Part shown: one piece after another, positions 27,659 through 36,135 of the stretch
Position numbering within the stretch: position 1 is the stretch's first letter
How the letters are laid out: each line of letters starts with the position of its first letter
Position numbers and translations under genes: made by a program
The notes under the pieces: model-generated
What the model was told of the DNA's origin: nothing
Database searches by the model: none
What the model saw: only the letters and a program-made list of their open reading frames with translations
Source of the DNA: Bacteroidales bacterium
Lineage (GTDB): Bacteria > Bacteroidota > Bacteroidia > Bacteroidales > UBA7960
Direction of reading: 5' to 3'
Assembly (NCBI GenBank): GCA_007120675.1
Contig: SKNE01000217.1
Coordinates: forward strand, 1 to 37,006
DNA length: 37,006 nt

Positions 27659-30289
27659 ATGAAAGAGATCCCCAAGCAATATTCACCCGGTAAGACGGAA
27701 TCGAAATGGTACGACGAATGGATAAAAAAAGGCTATTTCCGTTCCCGGCCAGACGATCGCAGCCCCTATTCCATGGTGATACCCCCGCCCAACGTGACAG
27801 GTGTACTGCACATGGGGCACATGCTGAACAACACCATACAGGATGTCCTGGTACGACGTGCAAGAATGCTGGGATTCAACACCTTATGGTTGCCCGGAAC
27901 CGATCATGCCTCCATTGCCACGGAAGCCAAGGTGGTGAACAAGCTGAAAAGCGAGGGGATCGACAAGAAATCCCTCAGCAGGGAAGATTTCCTGCGACAT
28001 GCCTGGGAGTGGAAAGAGAAGCACGGGGGGATCATCCTGGAGCAACTGAAAAAGCTCGGCGCATCGTGCGACTGGGAGAGAACAAGGTTCACGATGGACG
28101 ACACACTATCTGTTTCCGTCATCCGGGTGTTCATCAAGCTCTACGAAAAGGGGCTCATCTACCGTGGCGTGCGCATGGTGAACTGGGATCCAAAGGCTCT
28201 CACTGCCCTGTCTGACGAGGAAGTGATTCACAAAGAGGTACAGTCGAAGTTTTATTATGTCCGCTACCGGATCGAGGGGAGCGAAGAATACGTGACCATT
28301 GCCACCACACGTCCGGAGACCATACTGGGCGACACCGCCATCTGCATCCATCCCGAAGACGAACGCTTCAGGCACCTGGTGGGGAAGAAGGCGTTGGTGC
28401 CCCTGATCAACAGGCCTGTTCCCTTTATCCTTGATGATTACGTTGACCGGGAATTCGGCACCGGGGCGCTGAAGGTTACGCCTGCCCACGACATCAACGA
28501 CTATAAGCTGGGTATTAAGCACCAGCTGCCGAGCATAGATATCTTCAATGATGACGGGACCCTCAGCGAAAAGGCGGAGATATACATTGGTGAAGACCGC
28601 TTTGTGGCCCGCGAAAAGATCAGCAAAGAGCTGGAAGAGAAGGGGCACCTGGTAAAGGTGGAAGAGATCACCAATAGCATTGGCTTCTCGGAGCGCACCG
28701 ATGAGGTGATCGAACCCAAGCTCTCCCTGCAATGGTTCCTCCAGATGGAAGCGCTCGCCAAGCCCGCACTGGATGTGGTGATGGACGACACCATCCGTTT
28801 CCACCCCCCCAAGTTCAAGAACATCTACAAGCACTGGATGGAGAATGTGCGCGACTGGTGCATTAGCCGCCAGCTCTGGTGGGGTCATCGCATTCCGGCC
28901 TACTACCTGCCAGATGGCCGTTTTGTCGTGGCAGAAAGCAGGGAGCAGGCCCTGATGATGGCCCGCGAAAAATATGATCCGCAGCTGAAAGACAGTGACT
29001 TGAGGCAGGATGAGGATGTGCTGGACACCTGGTTCTCCTCCTGGTTGTGGCCCATCTCTGTCTTCGACGGCATCAGCGAGCCCGGCAACGATGAAATTCG
29101 CTACTATTATCCCACCAACGACCTGGTCACCGCCCCTGAGATCCTGTTCTTCTGGGTGGCCCGCATGATCATGGCCGGCCTGGAGTTCCGCAACGAAGTG
29201 CCTTTCCACAATGTGTACCTGCACGGCATTGTTCGCGACAAGCAGGGGAGGAAAATGTCCAAGTCCCTCGGCAATTCACCGGATCCCATTCTCCTGATGG
29301 ACCGCTACGGCGCCGACGGGGTTCGCGTGGGCATGCTGCTTTGCAGTCCGGCCGGAAACGACCTGCTCTTTGATGAGTCACTCTGTGAACAGGGCCGCAA
29401 CTTCTGCAATAAGATATGGAATGCCTTCCGCCTCACACAGAGCTGGCAGACAGACCCCTCGCTCAGTCAACCCACGGAGGCCAATACCGCCATCCGGTGG
29501 TTTGAGGCCAACCTGAACAAGGCCCTGGAAACCCTGGAGGACCACTTTAAAAAATACCGGATAGCTGACGCTTTGATGACTGTTTATAAGCTGATATGGG
29601 ACGATTTCTGCTCATGGTACCTGGAGATGGTCAAGCCTGCCTACCTGGAGGCCATGGATGAAGCCACCTATGAGCGCACCATCGGCTTTCTGAACCAGCT
29701 TTTGCGTGTCCTCCACCCTTTCATGCCATTCATCACCGAAGAAATATTTCAGCGCATCAGGAACGGGGATGATCCGGAGAGCATCACCATCGCCCCCATG
29801 CCCAAGGCAGGGGCCTACGACGAGGGGATCAACCAGTCCTTCCGTTTCGCCAAAGAGGTGATCATGGCCATACGCAATCTCAGGCAGGAGAAAAATATCC
29901 CGCCAAAAGAGGCACTGGATCTGTTCATCAAAAAAAATAATGATGAGCAGCCCGATCTCACCTTCGACGGGATCGTGAAGAAACTATGCAACCTGGGGCA
30001 CCTGGACTATGTGAGCAGCAAGCCGGATGCTGCGCATTCGGTCATTGTCCGGTCCACCGAACTGCTGATCCCACTGGACCAGCATGTGGATGCGGAGGAG
30101 GAGATCAAAAACCTGGAAGCGGAACTCACCTACCAGGAGGGTTTCCTGCGTGCCAGCGAGAAAAAACTGGCCAATGAGAAGTTTGTAACAAATGCACCGG
30201 GCCATGTGGTGGCGCTGGAGAAGAAAAAGCGGGACGACGCCCGGGCCAGGATTCGCGTCATCAGGGAGCAGCTGGACAACCTCAGCTAA
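27659..30289 (+). CDS. valS: Valine-tRNA ligase
   Basis: [13 protein letters not shown] (HIGH), KMSKS, and a C-terminal coiled-coil. 876 aa from ATG 27659. The upstream GTG extension is rejected. Confidence 0.98.
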   Translation: MKEIPKQYSPGKTESKWYDEWIKKGYFRSRPDDRSPYSMVIPPPNVTGVLHMGHMLNNTIQDVLVRRARMLGFNTLWLPGTDHASIATEAKVVNKLKSEGIDKKSLSREDFLRHAWEWKEKHGGIILEQLKKLGASCDWERTRFTMDDTLSVSVIRVFIKLYEKGLIYRGVRMVNWDPKALTALSDEEVIHKEVQSKFYYVRYRIEGSEEYVTIATTRPETILGDTAICIHPEDERFRHLVGKKALVPLINRPVPFILDDYVDREFGTGALKVTPAHDINDYKLGIKHQLPSIDIFNDDGTLSEKAEIYIGEDRFVAREKISKELEEKGHLVKVEEITNSIGFSERTDEVIEPKLSLQWFLQMEALAKPALDVVMDDTIRFHPPKFKNIYKHWMENVRDWCISRQLWWGHRIPAYYLPDGRFVVAESREQALMMAREKYDPQLKDSDLRQDEDVLDTWFSSWLWPISVFDGISEPGNDEIRYYYPTNDLVTAPEILFFWVARMIMAGLEFRNEVPFHNVYLHGIVRDKQGRKMSKSLGNSPDPILLMDRYGADGVRVGMLLCSPAGNDLLFDESLCEQGRNFCNKIWNAFRLTQSWQTDPSLSQPTEANTAIRWFEANLNKALETLEDHFKKYRIADALMTVYKLIWDDFCSWYLEMVKPAYLEAMDEATYERTIGFLNQLLRVLHPFMPFITEEIFQRIRNGDDPESITIAPMPKAGAYDEGINQSFRFAKEVIMAIRNLRQEKNIPPKEALDLFIKKNNDEQPDLTFDGIVKKLCNLGHLDYVSSKPDAAHSVIVRSTELLIPLDQHVDAEEEIKNLEAELTYQEGFLRASEKKLANEKFVTNAPGHVVALEKKKRDDARARIRVIREQLDNLS

Positions 30290-30397
30290 TGGTCCGGCTT
30301 TCCTGCGCGCCGGTCAATGGAACAGCCCGTGGGCGTATTGCATGGTTGGGTCCCCGCACCACTTTCCCGGCAGGCCCAACCAACCGGATGCAGGGCA

Positions 30398-33046
30398 TCA
30401 GGGCTTGATGAGCTTAAGGTTTAAAAGGCTGTCTGAACTTCTGACAGTCAGTACGTACAGTCCTGCTGGTGCCGCGAATAGAGACCCGGGCATGGCGAAA
30501 CGGTGCTCACCCGGCTCCATGCGGCCGTCGTACAAGCTGAACGTCCACTTCCCGTAAAGGTCCATCACCCTGAGCTGAACATGGTCCTCCTGCGTCAGCT
30601 CAAGCTTAAGTAAGCTGCTTTCATTCAGCGGATTGGGATAAACCTGGGCGGTCAATGTGCCCGGGGCGATTTCCTGTAGATAGGTTGGATCCAGCCCATA
30701 ACCAAGCATCTGGAACACATGTTCCGGCTCATCCTGTGCATTGCTGTGGAATATGGCCTGGGATGAGGCCTGACCCGGCGCCTGGGGACTGAAATACACC
30801 ATGATCGATACCTGCTCTGAAGCTTCCAGCGAGAGGGGCAAATCCATGTGGTGGATCAGAAAAGCACCGTTTCCGTCCTGCTCTATGTCACTGATGGTCA
30901 GATCAAGGTTGCCTGCGTTAAGCACAAGCAGCTCCAGGGAGTCGACCAGGCCAACGGCCATCTCCCCAAAGTCCATCGGACTGGGTTCCAGGGAGAGGAT
31001 GGCTGCTTCCAGCAGACCTGTGCCGGTGATATCTGCGGTGACAAGGGGGCTCTCCGGATCGTTGCTCTCAATCACCATTTCTGCCGTGTAGTCTACCTCA
31101 TGCTGAGGTTCAAAGTAAATGGTCACGATCTCTTCCTGGTCAGGATCAACCTGGAAGCTGCCGGAGGCCACCGGATGGTCAACATAAAACACCTCATCCC
31201 CTTCTATGTCCACTGAAAACACCTCCAGTGGCACATTCCCCGTATTCTTGATGCGAAGCTCCCTGCTATAGGATTGTCCGATCACACCGATACCAAAGGC
31301 TATCTCTTCCGGCACCAGCAAGATCTCGGGCGATGTTTCCATCACCTGGAATACCGCTGTAATGCTCATGTCACCGGTGACAGGGATCACCAGGGAAGGA
31401 TCATCGTACTGGGTGCCATCGATCAGCCAGTGGGAAAAGTGCCAGTCTATGGCAGCCTCCGCCTGCAGGAACACATTGGCGCCCACGGTGAATCGTTCTG
31501 TTCCTTCAAATGGGGTTATGGCCCCCTCCCCTTCCTTATGGATGGAGACTTCTGCCAGCTCCCCTGTGACCCCCTCGCCCAGCCCGATGTTCAGGCGGGT
31601 CGTTTGATAATTTTCCACTGCCACACCCTCCACATCCAGGGTGGGATAGCCACCGGCAGTAAAACGCAGGTCGTAGCTGCCCGCCAGCAGGGGACGGTTG
31701 TAATTGCCGTTTGGCAGGGCTGTCCACACCTCCGAGCCATCGCTGTCGTAAGAAGGGATGGACAATTCTGCCAAAAGGGGCTCCCCTGTTTCATTGTCGT
31801 ACACCATTCCGTGAATGCCGAAGGTGGACTGACGGATGTAGTTTAGCATCGAGCGGTAGTTCCAGTCCCAGTGATCGGGCAGCAGGTGGGGGGGCAGCAG
31901 CTTGATGTTGCTCAGCTCAAGGGTGAATTCACGGCAGCTCTTGTAATAGTTGAAGTAATCCTGGCGGCTGCCGTATATTACGTACCAGTCGCCCCCGTGC
32001 GTCACCCCGTCGCCCATGCCCGTCATGTAACCGGGCGGACTGTAATGATGCACCGTGTCCACATACTCATACATCACAAACTCCCACCAGTCGTGGTCGG
32101 CATGGGTGTTGACCGAAGAGGTCCAGCTGTCAAAGGGGAAGTTAACCAGCTCTATGCCGCCATGCATATTGGCCGACATGACGAAGTTCATCGTATCGGT
32201 GAAGTTGATCATGGCCGTGGTCTCCACCTGCTGGGCATGCCAAGGGTCGTTCACGGGGTTGGGGTAATTGCGGTTCAGGTCCACCCCGTTGATGTTGCCG
32301 CGGGTCGCCCCAGCCACCGTCGAATTATCATACCTGTAGGTCCCGTCAGGGTTCTCATTGGGACAGATCCAAATCTCCACCTGGTCCATGAGCTCAGTGA
32401 TCTCATCATCTACCCCATAATGGGTGACCAGGTAATGGATCAGCCGCAGCGAAAGGATAAAGCCCGCCGTCTCATCGCCGTGCATGGTTGAAGTGTACAT
32501 GAACTGGGGTACCGGCCGGCGGCTCTGCACGTTGGGTGAGATCTTGGCAAAGAGCAGTTCACGCCCCAGCACGCTTTCCCCGATTTCCACGATCTCAACC
32601 AGGCCGGGATAATCCTGCTCAAACTGGTACATCAGGGCCACATAACCTTCGAAGGTGGGATAAAAATCCCAGGTCTCCGTCAAGTCGCGCTGCAGCAAAT
32701 CATCCACACAGAGCATGTTCAGCTCGAAATCCACATCTCCCGGGTGGGGCAATAGGGTATGGGGAATGCCCATCTCCAGGAAAAGGGCGTACTCCACGCT
32801 GTTCGCGTAGGCATACACCGAATCGCTGGTGAGTTCACAGAAAGACAGGATCTTTCCCAGTTCGTAGAGGTGTCCCGCACCGGGACGCTCAAAGGAGAAG
32901 TAAAGCTCTTCAGCTTTTTGCGGCCCATGCCCTTCCAGGTGAGCCTCCTGTCCGGGGTGCCCTCCCAGTTTTGATGGCAGGAAAAAAGCAAGGAAAACAA
33001 TGAGGAATAAATGATTCAATGGGTTGTGCTGTTGAAAAATGACCAT
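30398..33046 (-). CDS. Secreted multidomain M14 zinc carboxypeptidase, T9SS cargo
   Basis: Signal peptide, then the M14 core (zinc ligands in MHGDE...; NRNYP; MHGG). Next come a CarboxypepD_reg-like beta-sandwich and an InlB-B/Bacteroides-repeat-like segment (HFSHWLIDG...). Two tandem ASH/HYDIN-like (choice-of-anchor-D-like) Ig domains follow, then the T9SS CTD. Confidence 0.9.
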   Translation of the reverse strand: MVIFQQHNPLNHLFLIVFLAFFLPSKLGGHPGQEAHLEGHGPQKAEELYFSFERPGAGHLYELGKILSFCELTSDSVYAYANSVEYALFLEMGIPHTLLPHPGDVDFELNMLCVDDLLQRDLTETWDFYPTFEGYVALMYQFEQDYPGLVEIVEIGESVLGRELLFAKISPNVQSRRPVPQFMYTSTMHGDETAGFILSLRLIHYLVTHYGVDDEITELMDQVEIWICPNENPDGTYRYDNSTVAGATRGNINGVDLNRNYPNPVNDPWHAQQVETTAMINFTDTMNFVMSANMHGGIELVNFPFDSWTSSVNTHADHDWWEFVMYEYVDTVHHYSPPGYMTGMGDGVTHGGDWYVIYGSRQDYFNYYKSCREFTLELSNIKLLPPHLLPDHWDWNYRSMLNYIRQSTFGIHGMVYDNETGEPLLAELSIPSYDSDGSEVWTALPNGNYNRPLLAGSYDLRFTAGGYPTLDVEGVAVENYQTTRLNIGLGEGVTGELAEVSIHKEGEGAITPFEGTERFTVGANVFLQAEAAIDWHFSHWLIDGTQYDDPSLVIPVTGDMSITAVFQVMETSPEILLVPEEIAFGIGVIGQSYSRELRIKNTGNVPLEVFSVDIEGDEVFYVDHPVASGSFQVDPDQEEIVTIYFEPQHEVDYTAEMVIESNDPESPLVTADITGTGLLEAAILSLEPSPMDFGEMAVGLVDSLELLVLNAGNLDLTISDIEQDGNGAFLIHHMDLPLSLEASEQVSIMVYFSPQAPGQASSQAIFHSNAQDEPEHVFQMLGYGLDPTYLQEIAPGTLTAQVYPNPLNESSLLKLELTQEDHVQLRVMDLYGKWTFSLYDGRMEPGEHRFAMPGSLFAAPAGLYVLTVRSSDSLLNLKLIKP
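30401..30649 (-). other. Type IX secretion C-terminal sorting domain of the M14 peptidase
   Basis: The last ~83 aa read AQVYPNPLNESSLLKLEL...GLYVLTVRSSDSLLNLKLIKP. The YPNP start and alternating hydrophobic final strand are typical of Por secretion tails. Confidence 0.7.
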
Positions 33047-33086
33047 GGTCTGGCACTTGGTTTTTGTATTGACAAAAGGGGGTTGC

Positions 33087-33965
33087 TTACATGCTTTCCA
33101 GGATGGCAGCCATCTGGTTGGCCAGGGCTTTGTTCACCTTGACCAATGGAAGCCGGAGCGCATTCTTGCAGAGGCCTTTCATGTGGAGTACGGCCTTGAT
33201 CCCTGAGGGACTTCCGTCCGCATAGATGGCCTGCACGATATCCAGCAGTCCCAGGTGAATTTCCCGTGCCTCCGGGTACTTGTTCGCGAGGCAAAGCCTG
33301 ACCATCTTTGAGAACTCAGCAGGAAAAGCATTGGCAATCACAGAGATCACCCCATCCCCGCCAAGGGCCATGAAAGGAAGTGTCAGCTCATCAGTCCCCG
33401 AGATCACCAGGAAGTGGTCCGGTTTGTCCTTGATGATCCTTGCACACTGCTCCAGGTCCTTCGAAGCCTCTTTCACAGCCACCACATTGGGAACCTCTTC
33501 AGCAATGCGCAAGGTGGTTTCTGCGTCGATGTTGGAGCTGGTGCGCCCCGGCACGTTGTACATGATGACGGGTACGGGACATATGTTGCCAATCTCCCTG
33601 TAATGATAAAAAATCCCTTTTGGCTGCGGTTTGTTATAATATGGGCTCACTGACAAGACGCCATCTATGCCGTCAAACGACATACCGGATAAGGTTCCGG
33701 CCACCTCCCGGGTGTTGTTTCCACCCACGCCCACCACCACCGGCACCCTCCGGTCCACCGTATCCACCGCGAATTCAATCACTGCATTTCGCTCATCATG
33801 GCTCAGCGTCACCGCCTCACCGGTGGTGCCAAGAAATACGATGTAATCGACGCCTCCCCGTATCTGGTACTCAATGAGTTTTTCAAACGAAGCGAAATCA
33901 ATGTTTCCCTCTTTGTGGAAGGGTGTCACTATGGCGGTCCCCGTCCCCTTGAATTGTTTTGTCAT
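33087..33965 (-). CDS. dapA: 4-hydroxy-tetrahydrodipicolinate synthase
   Basis: GTGTAIVTPF, GTTGE, and the Schiff-base lysine region VVAVKEAS. 292 aa. Confidence 0.97.
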   Translation of the reverse strand: MTKQFKGTGTAIVTPFHKEGNIDFASFEKLIEYQIRGGVDYIVFLGTTGEAVTLSHDERNAVIEFAVDTVDRRVPVVVGVGGNNTREVAGTLSGMSFDGIDGVLSVSPYYNKPQPKGIFYHYREIGNICPVPVIMYNVPGRTSSNIDAETTLRIAEEVPNVVAVKEASKDLEQCARIIKDKPDHFLVISGTDELTLPFMALGGDGVISVIANAFPAEFSKMVRLCLANKYPEAREIHLGLLDIVQAIYADGSPSGIKAVLHMKGLCKNALRLPLVKVNKALANQMAAILESM

Positions 33966-34534
33966 GATGAACCAGGTGTTTTAAGGATTTTCAAATAATG
34001 AAACATGTGCCTGCTCAGTTGAGCGGGGGTACAATCCTGCTCAACCTCCAGCATGAGGTCAAAAATATCCCTGTGGTCGGGGTGCGACATGCCCGTTTTG
34101 AACCGTGCCATGGACAGGGCCGCCAACTGCTTGAGAGGATGCATATGGACGGGTGAAAGATCCACCAATATGTCAACCGGCTGAAGGACAAAGCGTTTCA
34201 GCTCGTCTGACCTGGGATTCATGGCCAGGCCAAAATCTTTCTTGTGACAAAGGTCCCGGAGGATATCCGTGGCCTCCCCGTCACCGGCTTTATTTTCCCT
34301 GGAATAACCCATCAGGCTGACTTTCTTGCCATCACGCCTGATTTGGTTCACCAGCCGGGGCAAAAAAGACAAATCCCCCGCTTCATCCGCTGCATAGAGG
34401 ATAGCCAGGCTGCCTGCCTGCGCGTAGGGAACCAGCCTGCGATCCCTGCCGGACGATTTTTTCAGCGCACGCCGCAAAAAAAACATCCTCAGGAGATGAC
34501 GTATTTTCTCAATGATCCTCAACATCGGGCGCAT
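33962..34534 (-). CDS. Conserved hypothetical protein (resembles the Bacteroidota family found upstream of dapA; I recall it as DUF6913 but cannot verify)
   Basis: 190 aa with a basic N-terminus and no catalytic motif. The C-terminal ...HMFHYLKILK is reminiscent of flavobacterial homologues. Its stop overlaps the dapA ATG (ATGA). Confidence 0.6.
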   Translation of the reverse strand: MRPMLRIIEKIRHLLRMFFLRRALKKSSGRDRRLVPYAQAGSLAILYAADEAGDLSFLPRLVNQIRRDGKKVSLMGYSRENKAGDGEATDILRDLCHKKDFGLAMNPRSDELKRFVLQPVDILVDLSPVHMHPLKQLAALSMARFKTGMSHPDHRDIFDLMLEVEQDCTPAQLSRHMFHYLKILKTPGSS

Positions 34535-34615
34535 ATAAAACGTTCATGATCTTGTCACACGGAAGAGCGCCTGTCTCTCAAGCAGTCTGATGCATGCCCC
34601 CAGGCCTTTCTGCGG

Positions 34616-35128
34616 TCATTTCTTCATCCACACATCCAGCACTTCGCCGATATAAAAGCGGTGGTAGTCCTTTTGGGGATAGATCGCCTCAATGGAGAAA
34701 GCCTGGAAAAAGTCGGGTTTGATGTCGTCGTAATAGAGCTTGCGGCACTCAACGATCATTTTGGCTTCCCTGAATGCGATGGTTCCCGCGGGTGTCTCCA
34801 TGGGGGTGAGACCATCTATGTCCATCTTGTTCAGGTCACGTCCGGATGTTGTCCCGCAAAGGTTGAGAACCTCCCTGTCTTTCTCTTCAAAGAAGGAAAC
34901 AGAAAAATGTGCGTTCTGCTCAATGAACTCATAGGTGTACCTTTGCGGCCTGACGAAGGTGATCATGATGGGTTTCTTCCAAAGGTAGCCTGCCGTTCCC
35001 CAGCTGGCTGTCATCATATTGTAATGATCCTTCCTGCCTGCTGTGATCAGCATCCAGTCTTTTCCAATCAGCTTAAAGACGTTATCCTCAATGTCTTCAA
35101 CATCTGTTCTGCGAAATAATTCTTCCAT
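34616..35128 (-). CDS. Flavin reductase-like (FMN-binding split-barrel) family protein
   Basis: 170 aa with pattern ..F.LIGKDWMLITAG....YNMMTASWGT.G.LW.KP...FVRPQRYT.EF.., typical of flavin reductase-like domain proteins. Confidence 0.8.
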   Translation of the reverse strand: MEELFRRTDVEDIEDNVFKLIGKDWMLITAGRKDHYNMMTASWGTAGYLWKKPIMITFVRPQRYTYEFIEQNAHFSVSFFEEKDREVLNLCGTTSGRDLNKMDIDGLTPMETPAGTIAFREAKMIVECRKLYYDDIKPDFFQAFSIEAIYPQKDYHRFYIGEVLDVWMKK

Positions 35129-35290
35129 TTTCCTGCTATTTCCGGGTGATGAATCGAAGCGAAATTACTAAAAATTGATGAGATGCTGACCGGGCCGGAC
35201 AACCGTCATCCCGGAAGCGGGCAGGCCCGTTGCGGCATGAAGAGACAGTACAGGAGGAACCGCTAAGCTTTCCCATGAAAATTTTTCATT

Positions 35291-35298
35291 TAAATTTG
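35291..35298 (+). promoter_or_regulatory. Bacteroidota-type -7 box upstream of the MBL hydrolase gene
   Basis: TAAATTTG lies only 10 nt before ATG 35309. This implies either a near-leaderless mRNA or use of the next in-frame ATG at 35327. Confidence 0.4.
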
Positions 35299-35308
35299 TT
35301 CTCCTCCA

Positions 35309-36109
35309 ATGGATAGACACAGCAACATGGGCAGCAGGCAGGATCGATGGCAGCTGAGGATCCTCGGTACGGGCACCTCACAGGGTGTCCCGGTGGTTGG
35401 TTGCGGCTGCCCTGTCTGTAAAAGTACGGACCCTTTTGACAAGCGTTTGCGTACGGCTGCCATGGTGCGGCGGGGGGATGTCTGCGTGGTGATCGATGCG
35501 GGGCCCGATTTTCGTCAGCAGATGCTTCGGGCCCGGGTGAAGAGGGTGGACGCCTTGCTGATCACCCATAACCACAAGGACCATACCGGTGGACTCGACG
35601 ATGTGAGGGCTTTCAACTGGATCCAGAAAAGGCCGATGGACATCTACGCACGCAAAAGTGTGCTGGAGGCGGTCCGGCGCGACTTCTACTATGCCTTCGG
35701 GGACAACAAATACCCGGGGGTTCCGCAGATGCTGCTGCATGAGATCGATGCAGATCCTTTTTCGGTCCAGCAGACGGACATCATTCCCATCCAGGCCATG
35801 CACCACAAGATGCCCGTACTGGGTTTCCGAATTGGACCCTTTGCCTACCTCACCGATGCCAATCACATTGAAGACAAGGAGCTGGAGAAGATGAAAGGAA
35901 GCAAGGTAGTCATTATTAACGCTTTAAGAAAAGAGAAGCACATCTCCCATTTCAGCCTGGACGAAGCCGTGGAGATCATCCGGCTGCTGGGACCGGAAAA
36001 GGGCTATATCACCCATATCAGTCATCAGATGGGACGGCATGCTGAGGTTGAACGATCCATGCCTGCCAATATCCGCCTGGCTTACGACGGACTAAACATC
36101 CTGCTTTAA
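35309..36109 (+). CDS. MBL-fold metallo-hydrolase (PhnP/PqqB-like)
   Basis: ILGTGTSQGVP, a CxC..CxxC cluster (GCGCPVCKS), and HNHKDHTGG (HxHxDH). The true start may be ATG 35327. Confidence 0.85.
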   Translation: MDRHSNMGSRQDRWQLRILGTGTSQGVPVVGCGCPVCKSTDPFDKRLRTAAMVRRGDVCVVIDAGPDFRQQMLRARVKRVDALLITHNHKDHTGGLDDVRAFNWIQKRPMDIYARKSVLEAVRRDFYYAFGDNKYPGVPQMLLHEIDADPFSVQQTDIIPIQAMHHKMPVLGFRIGPFAYLTDANHIEDKELEKMKGSKVVIINALRKEKHISHFSLDEAVEIIRLLGPEKGYITHISHQMGRHAEVERSMPANIRLAYDGLNILL

Positions 36110-36135
36110 GCCGGGGCAGCTCTTCGCTTGCCGGC

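Noticed and set aside
28106-29224. Very long antisense ORFs opposite bona fide genes. Examples are 372 aa opposite valS, 302 aa (17014-17922) opposite atpB, 313 aa (22764-23705) opposite dxr, 307 aa (19634-20557) opposite the SprE-like gene and 238 aa (5292-6008) opposite obg.
   Set aside because: Their translations are low-complexity and rich in H/G/R/P/V, with no recognisable motifs. The sense partners are unmistakable conserved proteins. Stop-poor antisense frames are expected from the codon bias of moderately GC-rich genes.
30344-30381. Inverted repeat GGTTGGG / CCCAACC in the valS / M14 convergent gap.
   Set aside because: It has a 24-nt loop and no T-run, so it is not a convincing intrinsic terminator or structured RNA.
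35190-35260. SRP-RNA-like motif ...GTCATCCCGGAAGCGGGCAGGCC... in the 180-nt gap between the flavin reductase-like and MBL genes. It is reminiscent of the 4.5S domain IV GGUCCGGAAGGAAGCAGCC.
   Set aside because: The bases flanking the GGAA loop do not form the required helix. The conserved symmetric and asymmetric loop nucleotides are not reproduced, and I could not build an extended closing helix. The match is most likely coincidental GC-rich sequence.
36110-36135. GC-rich inverted repeat GCCGG...CCGGC filling the 26-nt convergent gap between the MBL hydrolase and the PagL-like gene. It is a possible bidirectional terminator.
   Set aside because: Only 5 clean base pairs around a 16-nt interior, with no flanking U-tract on either strand. 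It is too weak to call as a feature.
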